DNA of 64,000 bases from Eledone cirrhosa (GCA_964016885.1 OZ024741.1:381734001-381798000), one strand, 5' to 3'; numbered from the stretch's first letter, positions 14,440 to 28,893 are shown. Made by a program: numbers and translations. The notes: generated by a model not told the origin, from the sequence alone.

Positions 14440-14781
14440 AGACGAAATGAGACCAGATTTGGCAGCTGGCCCTGATGATTTCTTAGCAGCACGTCTAAAA
14501 ATATGCAAGCAAACATTAGCAAAACCACTGCAGATCCTCTTTCAAAGATCCCTTGCAAGTGCTAAACTACCCGGGAAACTAAGAGAAGGCATATGTCCAA
14601 TCCACAAAGAAGGAAGCAGAGCAGATGCTAAAAACTACATACCTGTCTCCCTGACCTCACGTGTCTTCAAAGCCATGGAATGAAGCATCAGAAGGAAACT
14701 GATCACATCTCTAGAGGAAAATGGTCTCCAGTATGGTTTTAGCTCGCTCAGGTAAAATTTGTTTTACGAAGCTCTTACAAC

Positions 14782-14812
<31 letters not shown>

Positions 14813-14900
14813 CTGTGTGTGTGCGTATGTGTGTGTGTGTGTATGTGTGTGTGCGTGTGTGCGCGTGTGCGCGCGCGTGTGTGTGTGTGTGCGTGCGCGC

Positions 14901-14934
<34 letters not shown>

Positions 14935-16410
14935 CAACCGACACCTATGCAGGTTTAGCTGGACTCCTCGAAGGTCTATCTTGTTGGATGTATCTTGGGT
15001 AATTTTATGATAGTGACCCCAGTTCTCTCATCTCATTTCTACAGCTGAGTAAACTGGAGCAACGTGAAAGTGTCTTGCTCAAAGAAATAACACATCACTC
15101 GGTCTGAAAATTGAACTCACAACCTTTCGATTGCAAGCCCAATGATCTAACCACTAAGCCATGCACCTTACAACCTTATGACAGGATACTCAAACAACAT
15201 CTTGACCGTTCTTGTATAGAGGCGATATATCTCGAATTCGGCAAGCTCGATCATGGAATGATATGTCACAAAGTACGTAGCTTTGGCATAGCTGGAAAAC
15301 TAGGTGAATTGCTACATGACTTTTTAAAAGACAGAAGCCAGATTTGCAGCCAACAGGTCCTCTCAACGGAAGCGCCAATAACAAGCAACTTGCCCCAGGG
15401 AGCTTTATGGTGTCTCTCTCGGCCATGCCACATGTAACAGATATAGCCTCCCTCAAAAGATATGCTGATGGCACAAACGTTGCCTAGGCAATCAAGAAGC
15501 CGCCTGATGCTACTCTCTTACAACTCGATTTAGTTGCCGGATGGGCGGAAAACAACAATAAACAATTTAGTGGAGTTAAGATTTAAACAATCCGATATCA
15601 ACCCACAAACATTAGGAGCACCACAATGAAGGTACACCGGACCAGAAAATCGAAATCCCGGTGTCATAAGCAATACGGCTCCTGGGTTTTGACATGGGCA
15701 ATGATGCATCGTTTCATGCACACAGCACTAAAATGAGGACGATGTGAAGACGACAGGCGGATTGGATCCGAAGACATTCATGACAAGAGATCCGGAAACC
15801 ATGTTGTTACTTTGGAGGACTTCGTTCCTCCACCGACTGGACTATTGCCCTCAAGTGTGGTTGCCCCACAGTGTCAAAGTAACTGCCGAACTTGAAGCAA
15901 TCCATCAAAGCAACACCAAGAGGATTGCGTCAATGCAAGAGATGAGCTACTGAGAGAGGTTGAAGAAACTAAATGTTTATTAAGTGGAGCGGAAATGGAG
16001 GAGATACGTATTGATATACATAAGAAAATTCCTGAAAGGGTTAGCACCAAACTTTGGCATTGAAGGCAGAACCAGCCCACGAACATGACGCAACTGTGTA
16101 TTGCTAAATGTCCCATCATCGCATCGACAATAAGGACCGCATACGGCAATAGCCTGGGGTTCAGTGCTCCTCAGCCTTTTAATAAGCTGCCAAAAAATAT
16201 GAGAGATGTACATGGTGTGTATGTAGATGTTTTCAAATGATATCACGACATTCTACTGACCAAGATCCCGGATGAATCCACAACAACAGGCAGCAAAATT
16301 CCCTCTTACATCAATGGCTAAACAGTTAAGGCTAGCTATAGAAAATGGAGCATCGTTGGTGGTGCCCCAGAAGGGTCTCAGCGCTCTGCTGGAGTACATA
16401 ATAAAATAAT
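14440..16410 (+). mobile_element. 5'-truncated degenerate CR1-like LINE (RT domain to 3' end), interrupted by a SINE
   Basis: AAGPDD..LAKPLQILFQRSL...PIHKEGS..KNYIPVSLTS..KAME, IYLEFGKLDHG, LPQG, YADGT and RDPETMLLLW..RLDYC..W. A-rich tail at about 16400. Confidence 0.85.
14785..15165 (-). mobile_element. tRNA-derived CORE-like SINE (family B) with (CA)n tail, inserted in the CR1
   Basis: Minus strand begins with an A box (TGGCTTAGTGG) and B box (GAGTTCAATT), followed by CORE-like ttgagcaagacactt...ctcagctgtagaaatg. Flanked by the imperfect TSD cttacaac(a/c)tt; removing the insert restores LLQHYDRILK. Confidence 0.75.
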
Positions 16411-17367
16411 AGAATATGGACTTTTCCTTTAGTCCCCTTATTCACCAGTTAGGGTTACTTCTGTGAACTCCCCATGATACAATAAAATACGTATACACAC
16501 ACAGATTCAGAGACAGATATACGAGTGTAAACATGAAACTAATTGTGCTTGTTTGTATTTGTTGCATGTGGCATATGATACAAAATAAGAAATATTTCGT
16601 ATATAGGAAACGAAATATAGATCTACTTTCTCCACATGATTTTGTTGATGCTGAAGCTTTTGTACTAAAATAAAATAATTATTCAATGACATTATGCAAT
16701 CAGCATAGACGTTCTATAGATAATAATATCCATTTATGTTATATGTCCAAACACAAGAAGCATTATTATTTGTTTCTAATCACAAATATGTAAAAGCATA
16801 TGACCACAAATGCTCTAACAAGCGTCTCCCCTTTCTGCATAGCTAACGATGCTCCATATTATTTCTGTAACATCCTGTCTGATTCCAACACTTGCTTCGC
16901 ATCTCTGCTTATTTTCCTTCACACCTATGCCTTAACCCTTTAGCATTTACATTATTTTATATTTACTACTATATTTTCACAATAAAGGCTTTACCTCACA
17001 CTCTACCTTGCCGGATATCTATATCAATCAAAGAGGCCACCTACTGTCAGACATATTTTCTGAGGACCTCTCTGACACGAGGTACATCAAACAGTCTCCT
17101 GTCGTTCGGAAATCACTACAGTCCTAGATTTATTTCATTGTTGCTTAGTTTCCGCACCCAGGAGGAACCTCAACAAACTGCTGTATTTTCAAATCCAAAC
17201 GCACTTCGCGATTGGAGAAAATCCTGTGCGGTGACAATATTGCTAACAGTGTACAATACATTGTTATATATTTCAAGGCTATATCCATTGCTTCATCTTC
17301 ATAGATAGATAGGCAGATAGTTAAATAGGAAGATAGATAGACAGATAGGTAGATAGATAGATATATA

Positions 17368-20300
17368 TGTTTCTTTATTAACCACAGGGCTACAAAAGAA
17401 GGGGACAAATACAAAGGGGGAATTTACATACAATAAAGATGTGTAAAATAATATCACAAATGCAATTTAAGAAGTTAATCGATTTTCCCCAATAGGTGGA
17501 GACATTTCATATGGGTAACACATACCACAGAAAATATGTGCAACCCTCATCTCCAGGAGTACGAAGAGTTTGTACCCCTTTCCTCTCTTCCTCTTTTTCC
17601 TCCACCAACAGGCTGATATAGAGAGAAGGCCCATTCACTCGGGCCATTCTCGCCACTTTCACCCACCATTCATAAAACTTGCTGTGGTACAGCACCTCTC
17701 TCTCCATCCTGATTCTTCTTCGAAAGTGGTATTTGAAAAAAAGAATCAGTTGTTGGCCGGAGAGAAAGGTGTATGACCTCAGCCCTTTTAACCTTGTCCA
17801 CCATACAACATCTTTCGCACTAGCTATCACACAAAGGAGAACCGCCTCTCCTTCGTTTTTGAAGGAGGGTGGCGGTTTGATCATGAGAATGGACACGATG
17901 GTCAACCGGATTGGTCCGACCCGCGACAAAAGTCGTTCTACATAGCCCCACAGGTCGGGAACGCTCGGGCAGTGTATGAATGCGTGCGCGACGGTTTCTT
18001 CGTCTCGCACGCATCTCGGACAGATCTTTTTCGAAGGGTCCCTGCCCGGGCGCCCATGTCTGTAGAGCTTGTCTCGAACTGGTAGAGCTGCTCGGTAGCA
18101 CTGCCAGGCCAGGGACTTTGGGAAGTTGTCCATCGGTCCCGAGCGGATGGTCTTACCGAACAGACTGGCCAGTTCGTCGTCATCTACGCCTATAGCTTCT
18201 CCGAGCGCGTCGTCGCACTTGCTGCGGATCAAGCCTCTACGTAATGACGAAGTGGAGTTTCCACTGATCGCCGTTTCCGCCTGCCAGAGGGCTGTGAACG
18301 CCTGAGCACATTCGATGTGCCAGTCGCCTATTTTCCTCGGTCTTTGCTTGACCCAGGACTGCAGCTCGGTGAGCGAGACGAGTCCTAGGAAGGCTCGCCT
18401 CACGAACGGGGTCCACACCGGTTGTCCGGTGAGGAATACGTAGAGATGCCTGAGCGCGTGTTTGCGCCTCGTCAGCGTTTTGGCAGGACAAGGCACGACG
18501 GTCAAGCAGTAGAAGATGACGGACGCTATAAAAGTGTTCGACCTTTCAATGATAGTTTGCACTCGGTCCACTTCTGGGTCAGTGCAAACACCTTCACCGT
18601 CACCTCTTTCCAGTTCTCCTCCACTTGGTAGTCCGGACGAAACCAGACCCCGAGCAGCTTTACCGGTCCTTCCGTCCACCGTCCGATGACGCCATCGGAA
18701 GGCATCGCTTTGCCTCTCCACGATCCGAGTTGCAAACCGATGGACTTGTCCCGGTTCAGCTTCGCTCCTGTGAACATTTCGTATTCCTTCAGTAAGGTGC
18801 CAACTTCCTCGATCTGCGAGGTGCTCGATACCATTACTGTCACGTCGTCGGCGTAGGCTGACGCCGCTTTGCGCAGTCCCAGTTCCAGGGGGATGCCTTG
18901 CAATAGCTCCAACTTCCGCAGTAGTGGCTCGAGCGTCAGTACGTAGAGAATGGGGGGAGAGAGCATGCCTGTCAAATGGATCGCGTGATATGGAACGGCT
19001 CCGAGAGGTAGCTGTTCACCTTGACCCTTGAGAAGATGCTGCTGTTGGGCATTGCAGCAATCAATCCTCTGAACACGGGTCCGAAGCCTGCCGCACCGAG
19101 CACCGCATCCAGGTAACGATGGTCAACCCTATCAAAAGCCTTAGACTGATCCAAGTTGATCAGGGCCCCACCGAAGCCGGGTTTACACTCTACCCTCTCT
19201 ATGATGTATCGCATTAGGTGGAGGTTGTCGTGCTTCTCCCACAAGGTTTTCGACAAGCGCCAGCCTCCTTGCCAACACCTTGGCCAAAATCAGCAGAGTT
19301 ATGGGCCGGAAGTTGCCTATATCATCCCCCTGATTCTCGTCGTTCCTGACTAGTGTGACTACGCCTCTGGTCACAGAACTGGGATTTCACCAGTTCTGCT
19401 GCCAGTTGCAGTAGACCGCTTCCAACAGACCGGAGAACAAGTCCGGTATTGCTACGTAAAATTCGTAGGGTAGACCGTCGAGACCTGGAGATTTGCGTTT
19501 GCGGCATTTGTTCAGCGCGTCCCCTATCTCAGCGGCTGAAATCTGCTTTTCGCAGGACTTCGCCTCGCTGTCCGAGAATCGCGGTAGGCCGTCGAGGTAT
19601 GGACCGAAATCCATAGATTCTCCCGGCGCGCCGTCCTGCCCGGACAGCTGAGCAAAGTGCCGCTGAAAGGCCCCGCACATCTGCTTCGGCTCACGTATCA
19701 CGTGTCCCACTTGTTCCTTCAAAGACCGAATTGTGGACTTGTTGCCACTTTTTGCCTCCGTCACACGGGCCCAGCTAACAGTTTTGGCTCCCTCGTTACC
19801 CAGAGCACGTATTTTGCTTCTGACAACGCAGTCCTCGTGCTTTGCTCGAAGAACTGGTCCAAGGCCGTTCTCGTTGCTAGCACGCTGGCTACGTTGCCAC
19901 TTCTAATTGCCTCTTCTACTTCATCTATCAGTTCCTTCTCGGTTAAAATTCTATTTAACGCTAATTCTTTACTAAAAACTAACGAGTCTTATCTAACTGC
20001 CTTCTTGACAGATTACCACCATCTGTTGTTGAATATGGCCCCTGTCAAGTGCTGTTTAACTAAATTGCTAATCCGTCTACTGTAGGCTTTGCATGTCGGT
20101 ACCGACAAGTTCAGCCTCCAGTAGCCGGGTCCATGTCTATGGGTTCTATCAAGGTTGACCATGCAGGTCACTAGTTTGTGATCTGAATAGGCAACCATAA
20201 ACATCTGTGGACAGCTTAACATGTCCCTATCTTTATTTCTAACTAGAACCCTATCTAGGTACGATCTAGATGTTCCGCTAAGATTAGTCAACGTCCACAG

Positions 20301-21626
20301 TGGCACAGTCGGAAAATCTAGTCGTAATCTATCGGATAGGTCAAATTGGCTGATTAACTGTTTGAGGCTGTTACACCCCCCTTTATCGGGACATGCTCCC
20401 ACATAGTCCCAACGTACATCTAGGATTCCAGTCCCCCACTAAAAGCAAGGAACGGGACGTTCCCAGAAAAGTCTCTAGACGTTTGAAGAAGTTTGGCCGC
20501 GGTGTCCCGGATGTGGCATATGCGGCCACCAGCCTGAAGGATCCACCTTCACTACCGTCAACGTCTAGGCCAACCAGTCGACCCTCCGGGTCCAGATGTA
20601 TCATCTGTATTACGAGGTCCAGGTGTTTCCGCACCAAAACGGCTACCCCGCCCCCACCTCCCGGCTGGCAGAGAGATGCGTAGATCTCAAAGTCGTCGAA
20701 GATGGGGGCCAGCTATCGCTCGCTGTGGATCCTGGACTCGCAAATGGGTATTACATGAATACTGTGCAACCTGAGGTCGTTTAAGAGTTTGCCCTGTTTC
20801 CATATGCATTCCCAGGGCGCGTACAATCAAACATCCAACTCTTATATTGGCCATGTTGGTGCTGAAAAGTTAAAAGAAGAGGAAAATAAATCACTCACCT
20901 CTTCGTCTCCTGGGGACCAGGCTGCACGATTTCCATTGGAGGAGTTGTCTGGGTGGGTGGTGGTTTCCGACGGGGTGGGGATGGAGATGTTTGGTGGGGA
21001 GGGGGTGTCTGGTAGGATGGGGGTGTATGGGCTGGGGAGACATTTGAGAAGTGGCTTCACGCAGGAATTCCCCACATCCCTTTCAAATGTTTCTTTTAGG
21101 GACCTATAAGTTTGTATAGGGACCCTAATCAGTTTTAGGTTCGGTTTTTTATTATTTTTATTTGAGTTTGCGAAAGTTTTCCCTTCGGTTTTTACCGACG
21201 GGTTGTTCGTGATGGTCTCCATTAGTGTTTTGTTTTCAGTGTTTATGTATGTGTAATTGTAATTTTCTTGTGCTGTGTTTGTTTTTGTCTGTAGTTCTTG
21301 TGTGTGCGTTCGTTTTGTTGTATGTTTGTGTTTGGAGTTATGTCGTGGTTTTGTTTTCGGGACGGTGGGTTTTTGTTTGTAATGTTTGTGTTGTTTGTGT
21401 TGGTGGTTGTATGTTTGTAGTGATGTTTGTGGCTTTTTTGTTCTTGTGGTGTATTTTTCTTCTTTCTTTTCGAACGGAGATGCTCTCCCTCATCGTCACT
21501 TGCTGATGATGAGGGGACCTCGTCCGTTGTCGTGTCTGTGTTATTTGGAAGGGGTATGTTTTGGGGAGCTGTTGTGTTTGTGGGTGTTTTTGCAGTGTTT
21601 TAGGTGGAGTAAGGTTGGGTGGGATT
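17368..21626 (-). mobile_element. Tx1/L1-clade LINE (part of ORF1 region, APE, RT, C-terminal zinc finger), frameshifted
   Basis: APE motifs (LLVGDWN, SYLDRVLV, SDHKLV, GPGYWRLN), RT motifs (KSPGLDGLPYEFY, NFRPITLL, LDQSKAFDRVDH, YADDVTV) and CPRC..DEETVAHAFIHC. AATAAA near the 3' end. TSD GATAGATATATA at 17356-17367 and 21627-21638. Confidence 0.92.
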
Positions 21627-21670
21627 GATAGATATATAGATAGATGGATAGATAGATAATACATAGATAA

Positions 21671-21730
<60 letters not shown>
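21627..21730. repeat. (GATA)n microsatellite; its other half lies at 17301-17367
   Basis: Seen directly on both sides of the Tx1 element. Confidence 0.9.
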
Positions 21731-21731
<1 letters not shown>

Positions 21732-21837
21732 CAAGATTAGTTATAACTCTCTGAAAATTGGCACAGTGTCCACTATGATACCTATACTGATTGTATACAT
21801 GTATCTAGAAAGGTACATACGTCATAATAATCAACTT

Positions 21838-22045
21838 GGTTGGCAGAATCGGTAGGGCGTCGGACAACATCATTTGTAGCATATAGGTACGACCCTTTAC
21901 GTTCTGAATTCAAATCCCATCAATGTTAGCTTTGCCTTTCATTCTTACGGTGTCGTTAACAAAAATTACCACTCACATACTGGAGTCGATCACATTGACT
22001 TGTCCCTCCCCATAAATTGTTCTCCTGTGCCGAAATCAGAAATCA
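21838..22045 (+). mobile_element. SINE family A
   Basis: tggcagaatcggtag...gttctgaattcaaatccc...tttgcctttcattcttacggtgtcg. Confidence 0.75.
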
Positions 22046-22702
22046 TCATTATTTTATCTCATGTGTGTATAGACTTCAACAATACTTGGTGTTAGATTCA
22101 AGACGTCATCTTGACATGGGTTCATTTATATACATTCTTCATCAGAAACACACTTCTCTTTGTCCAGTATAATGATGATGATCAACTGTCTTTTTTCTTT
22201 ATTTGTTTATATATTTATCTACGTTAGTGTACGTATTGAATGTATGTACGTATACATATATGAAAAAAAAAAGAGACTTTCTCTGTTTTATATCATTTTA
22301 TCCACTCATTTCTTATCTGTTTCTCTCTCTCTCTCTTTCGCCTTGTCTTTCCATCCACTCTCTCCCAAAGTGATACACATATATACACAGTTGACACCAT
22401 CTTTATATTTCCTTCATAACAGCATACTGTTTTGCAGAAAGCCTAAGAGTGATTTATTCTGCTGGCTTTTCATTGTAATCTACTTGATGTTGTTATCAAA
22501 CACAATATATGTCCTGTGAGCAATCCAGGATTGCTTCAAACTAGGTTTATGAAAACAATAACATCTTGTCATTCAATCAAGCGGAATTGTTTTCTTGTTC
22601 TTTTCTTCTTTAATATTGAATTGCATTTTCGTTTGCTCTTCAATTATCCTGTTCTCTCTTACTTTGATCTTGCTATTTTCCTCTCGTTCTCTTTGTATCT
22701 CC

Positions 22703-22740
<38 letters not shown>

Positions 22741-23193
22741 CTTTTTTCATCTATACATTTCTCTTTCTGTCATTAATTGATTGCCTCACTTCATCTCCTC
22801 ACCTCAATGTTCTTTCCCTCTACATTTCTCTATATAACACGCTATATCCATTGTTCACTCTCTGTAATTTACATTTCAATTTTTATGTGTGAGACGACAG
22901 ACAGCTATGTTACAACAACAGGCAGATTGTTCCCTCGCCCTTCCTCAGCTGCTATCAACGTTGTTGAAGAGACAATGTTTAGATTGGACATATTATCTAA
23001 ATGAACTACTACAGAAAAGAATCATTAATATTGATGGATATAATTTAGCTGCAATTAGGGATTGATAGATTGGTGGTACTTATCTACTCGCTACTTTCCA
23101 ATCGTTAGATTTTGAAACGATTGCCAATATCTAAATATGCTAAGCCCAACATTACCACATTTTTTTATACATTGATCTGATCTGGGCACACAC

Positions 23194-23560
<367 letters not shown>

Positions 23561-24739
23561 TTTGGTTTCTTCAATTTACATAATTCGTTCATATGTATTA
23601 CTTTTTAAATTTTATCTACAATCATTTCTGTTCGTGATGACAAAAACAATTTCATTCATATTTTTATTCATTTAATATAGATGCGTATACACGCATGCGT
23701 GAAAGATGAAAGACCATCCAGCCACATATCCACAACATTTCACAAAATATTTATATGTATATAGATACATTCATATACATATAATATACACATACGCAGT
23801 TACATCTATCACTCACACTCACTCCTCTCTCTCTCTGTCTCTCTCCCCCCTCTCTCTCTCAATTTCTATATATATATACTCTATAAATGAAGCAGAAAAA
23901 CAGTCTGTATGTGTCTTGTATGTTTTCATGTTGAAATATTTAATTTGGAAATATTCTATCCGATTGTTCTGTTATTTTCTTCATTCAATAGTATCTATCA
24001 TCATACGCCACTTAATACTGTATTATATAACAAACGAAACCAAAACGGACTATACTCTATACTAATTAAATTTCCTTACCATATATTTACAAACATCACT
24101 GAATTTCATCAGACAATATAAGAATAAAACCGAACATAGTTAATTTTCTTCCGGACGAAAAATACGTTTTTTTCCCCCTTAATGTAGATTCATTTCTCAT
24201 CAATACTACGGGGCATGAATTTAACCTGCTTGAATGTTTTTAGTTATTTGATATAATTATTTATATTTAGTGACATGTATTTCTAATCGAAAAGATGTAT
24301 GATCAAATGTATTCTTATTTAATGTTTTCATTCATATTGAATGTCGTGTACACATTTGTAAGGATGCCGTGTTTGATTTGTTCTATATTGAGTTGGTGTT
24401 TCTAACTTATTGTGCCACCACGCAGATGTTTCCTCTATACATTTGTAGATATTTTGTCGAATCTGGATAAGTCAAAGAACATTTTTTGCCCGTTAAATTG
24501 TTTGCCTGCTGCGATACATTGTGCATGCTTGTACTGCAAGTGCAAGAACGATGACTTGTATCCAAGCCAATATTTGTAGACCTCCTTTATTCGGATGGCA
24601 TATTTGACATCTTGATTGAATCATCCGGCGCTTTACCAAGCCTCTTTCGCTTATAGGATTTAACAGCTGAAGTAGAAAGTACTGAGCTGAACAAATTCCA
24701 CTCGGTCTTAACGGCATCAGTTTCAATGTGGATGCAATA

Positions 24740-25880
24740 TTATCAATGCCCGTGTGTTTGTGTTCGGATAAATGGTGCTAAATGGAAGCCATTGAGTTCG
24801 GGTGTCGGACTTCATTATTTTCATGAACAGCGGTGGATTGGCAGTATCGGTAGAGGGTCGGACGCTATGCTTTGACGCATTGAGTCACGGCCCTTGACAT
24901 TCTTAGTTCAAATCCTGCTGAGGTTAACTTTGCCTTTCTTCCTTACGGAGTCGATAAAATAAAGTACCATTAATACACTGGTTAATTGCTGGCCTTGTGC
25001 CAAAAGTAGAAACAATTATTTTCATGAACAGCATTAACATGAACAACCGGGCTAGAAGTTTTATCATGGCAGGTGGGTATAAAAATAGTCAGCTCAAATT
25101 TGCCAACGACATGGTGTTACTTAACTCGACAGAAGTTGATCTCCGAATTTCACTTGATAGGTTTGATGTCGAGTGCTGCTGGCCTGGAATGGAAATCTGT
25201 GCTGAGACAATTCTCCTCTCACAGAAGCCAGCGCAGTGCAATTTACATGTAAATATAATTCCACTGAAGCAGATGGAAAAATTCAAGTATCTCGACGCCG
25301 TGTTCACGAAGGATCAAAGGCAGGTGGAAGAATTAAGAGCAAGAATTGCATGAACTGTTGACGTTAGTGCACCAGCTTCAACATTTCGTAATCAGAAGAA
25401 GGAAGGTAGGCGTAATAGCTAAACTTGCTATCTTTAATTCGGTATCCATGCCAATATTTATCTATGGCCATTTATCTTGTGTAATGACCGATGTTATGCG
25501 ATCACGAGTAAAAACTATTTAGATGATCGTTACTCGATAGAGTGCATAGCTCGTAGATCAGCGAGTCACTCCATGTAGAGCTGTTATTTCTCTGAATTGA
25601 AAGATCACAGCTCCGATATTATGGACATGCTGCTGGAATGTCTCAGGAAACCAACCATCAGGAGACCCAACGCTAGAACCTTGGATAATATTCTACATCT
25701 TAGCTGCTTGGGAATCCAGCCAGACCAGTAGGAGACGGTTGCTTTTGATAGGAACTGCTACAGTGAGCTTTTGAGGTTTCTGCCCCCATAACCCTCTTAG
25801 GAATTAATGAGCAAAAAAGAAGAAGAAGAAGAAGAAGAAGAAGAAGAAGAAGAAGAAGAAGAAGAAGAAGAAGAAGAATA
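24740..25880 (+). mobile_element. RTE-clade LINE 3' fragment with (GAA)n tail
   Basis: FIIFMNSI...LKFANDMVLL..LDRFDVEC..KQMEKFKYLD. The 3' end cccataaccctcttaggaattaatgagcaa(GAA)n is repeated as a short fragment at 26093-26153. Confidence 0.8.
24832..25014 (+). mobile_element. SINE family A, full length, inserted in the RTE
   Basis: A box (TGGCAGTATCGG) and B box (GTTCAAATCC). Perfect 18-bp TSD attattttcatgaacagc at 24814-24831 and 25015-25032. Confidence 0.9.
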
Positions 25881-26689
25881 TGATGATGATAAAGAAGAAA
25901 GAAACGGGATGATGATGATGATGAGGAGGGGTGGATAAACATAAAACGCTGTTAAAATTACGTAACTGTAACAATAAGCGTTGCATTCAAACGAAGTGCT
26001 AAGCTATAATAATCAAAATAAGGATTACATGCCAGTAACTTGTTCATTTAATAACTACGAAGAGCTGTAAAACCGTCTACATTAAAAGAGGATTTTGAGG
26101 ATTCTGTCCCCATAACCATCTCAGGAATTAATGGCCAAAGAAGAAGAAGAAGAACGTAATGCTACGACATTGATATAGAGTGTTACGTTTAGTTTAACTG
26201 AGCTCTGTTATATGATGTGTATACAGAACTTGGAAGAACAGTCGCGTGGGTTGTTCCTGTAATTGGAAATCCAACCATATCACGTTTTGTGTGAAGTTGA
26301 TTCGATTTGGGATTTACATTAATGCTACACATGTTTATGGAATACTTAGCTGCTTACATGATAATTTAACGTGTGTGGCAGTCGATTAATCGATCAATTG
26401 ATTAAGCATCGTCAAAAACCCAAGTCTCGTGATGTGCTTTTTCTATTGTGTTATCAATAACTGATAAATAAAAAGGCATATTCTTCCTGTACGAGAATTA
26501 CAATCAAAACTGATCTTTTTTCATTAACGTAGATTTATCTGATTTGATATACAGACAGAAATTACCGTAAGCACACAACTAGTAAACCTCCGTGTAAAGG
26601 TTTGTTCTGCTAAACGTATCAATGAAATGTCCATTGAATCACAACTTAACGTCATAAAAAAGCGACAGTCGATTAAATCATCTCCAGTT

Positions 26690-27065
26690 ACAAGAACTTC
26701 ATTTGATCGACCCCGTAAGGATGAAAAACAACGGTACCCTCGACGGGATTTGAAATCAGAACGTAGGGGCCGTACCTATGTACCACAAAGCATGTTGTTG
26801 GATGCTCTACCGATACTGTCAATACACCATTCTAAACTGCTGACCACCATAATAATGTCTTCTGATTTATGCAGAAAGTCAACTATTTTCGAGGAAAATC
26901 GATTAAATTCACCCCAGTACATCACTGGTACTTTATTTTATAGACCCTCTAAGAATGAAAGGCAAAGCTGACCTAGGCGGGATTTGAACTCAGACCGTAT
27001 AAGGCCATAACTCTATGCTGCAAAGCATATTGTCCGACGCTTCCCCGGTACAGCCATCCAATTAC
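26690..27065 (-). mobile_element. Two adjacent SINE family A copies
   Basis: gatcgaccccgtaaggatgaaa...gggatttgaaatcag (26705-26830) and ggtactttattttatagaccc...aaggcaaagctgacctaggcgggatttgaactc (26927-27065). Confidence 0.75.
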
Positions 27066-28152
27066 CCTCATAGTAATAGGCCACATTTTTCCAAGATAAA
27101 CAGTATTTTGAAAACCTTAAATAGCAATATAGTCCTGGAGAAACTTCGAATTAATATATACCAAACGACTATCTTCTAGTCGTTTTATCACTAGTAAATT
27201 TAGTCAAATGTTTTAATAACAAACATTGACTATGCGTGGTTTAGTTATATCTATGCAAAACAAAATATGACGAGCAGTTATAATGTCAAAGACGTTCAAG
27301 CTGTTAACATCCTGTCATGTTTTCGTAGCATAATATAATTCGTTCTCCATTATCAGACATATCCTTCCAAACCTAAGTAGGCATGAAGTGATTTGTGAGA
27401 GGTCTGCTTCCTATTTCTGCCAGTTCGCTGCAGCCATGCAAAAACTACTCCTTTAATGAATTAAATGGTGTATACACTAGTGAAGCAGTAGAATAAACTT
27501 AAAAAACATGTGTCTACATTCAGTTATTTATATATTTAATTATGAAGCAACTTGATCGTATTACCAACATAAATATCGAAGTATTATTAACATATGAATG
27601 GACGTATAAAGAAAATGTTGAGTTCATACCAAACTGAATTATTCATCCATACGGAGTAAGCAAGCTTTTATTACTAGCGTATATTAAGGAAATCTTATAT
27701 AATTTCTTGTTTTATATCCACTCATAACAGGAGGGGATAGCATTTTGGCAAACAAGGTTGAATTATTGATTGAATTTATATTAATGTTGCAATTCGATAA
27801 GAAACGATCTCGATAATTGTGAATATGAAAAAATAAATAGTCCACACCTATCAAACTGGCTGGCATGGATATTCATCAGTGACTATTTAAAATTCATAGT
27901 ATTTTGCAATGAATTAATGCAATAAACTCAAGAATAAATCTGATTATTTTGATATTAAAGATCAAATGTTAAAATGTAACGCTGACGTGATGTGAGAATT
28001 GATAATTTTAAAATGATAAAACAAAGGAAGTGTTCATGTTATTGAAATAATATATTAATCACTACCAACATTGAGTGTAGTTATACAATATATATTATCT
28101 GTTCAAATGCTTAAAGTATATACACGGAACACAGCCCAGTTTATATAAGAAA

Positions 28153-28221
<69 letters not shown>

Positions 28222-28223
<2 letters not shown>

Positions 28224-28655
28224 AAATTGAAAATGTGAAGAATAACATGGTCAACAGTACAGACAAAGGGGATTTATTCACAGTCTAACAATTGTTTCTC
28301 TGATTAAGTTTTCTAGAATTTGCTGATCATTAGAAGCAGTGCCACTCAATTTCAAATACGATGTTAGCTCAATCAGATCATGAGAAACTGTTATGAAAAA
28401 TATATATAACCGGCAAATTTACAAATTCAAGTTACATCACCAATAATAATATTAATAATAAAGATAGAGAGAGAAAAATTGTTTGTAACAGTTTCTGATG
28501 ATCTGGTTGTGCTAACATCAGATTTGAAATTGAGTGGAACTGCTTCTAGTGTTCAGGAATGTTTAGACAACGTAATCAGAAAAACAATTGTTAGACTTTA
28601 AATAAATCCCCTTTTTGTGTACTGTTGACCCTGTTATTCTTCACTTTTTCAATCT
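28222..28655. mobile_element. PLE pseudo-LTR-like inverted repeat pair (about 170-bp arms), each arm with a decayed HHR, next to (TA)n
   Basis: 28222-28393 is the diverged reverse complement of 28486-28655. Confidence 0.7.
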
Positions 28656-28817
28656 TATTACTCCAAGCTAAACTTACATGGGAATACAAGTGAAATCATA
28701 AACTTGTCCTCTACGTAAACCTCTTGTTGAGCCAACCAACGCCGTACGCTAAAACTATCCATAATAAGAAGTATTCACAACGTCTAACCGGATTACCTAT
28801 AACGATATTTTGTTCTC

Positions 28818-28893
<76 letters not shown>

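Noticed and set aside
17055-17190. CTGAGGA-cctc..gagg motif in a PLE-tail-like region
   Set aside because: No consistent stem I or stem III could be formed.
24832-24920. tRNA-like A and B boxes
   Set aside because: These are SINE heads; no full cloverleaf, so not tRNA genes.
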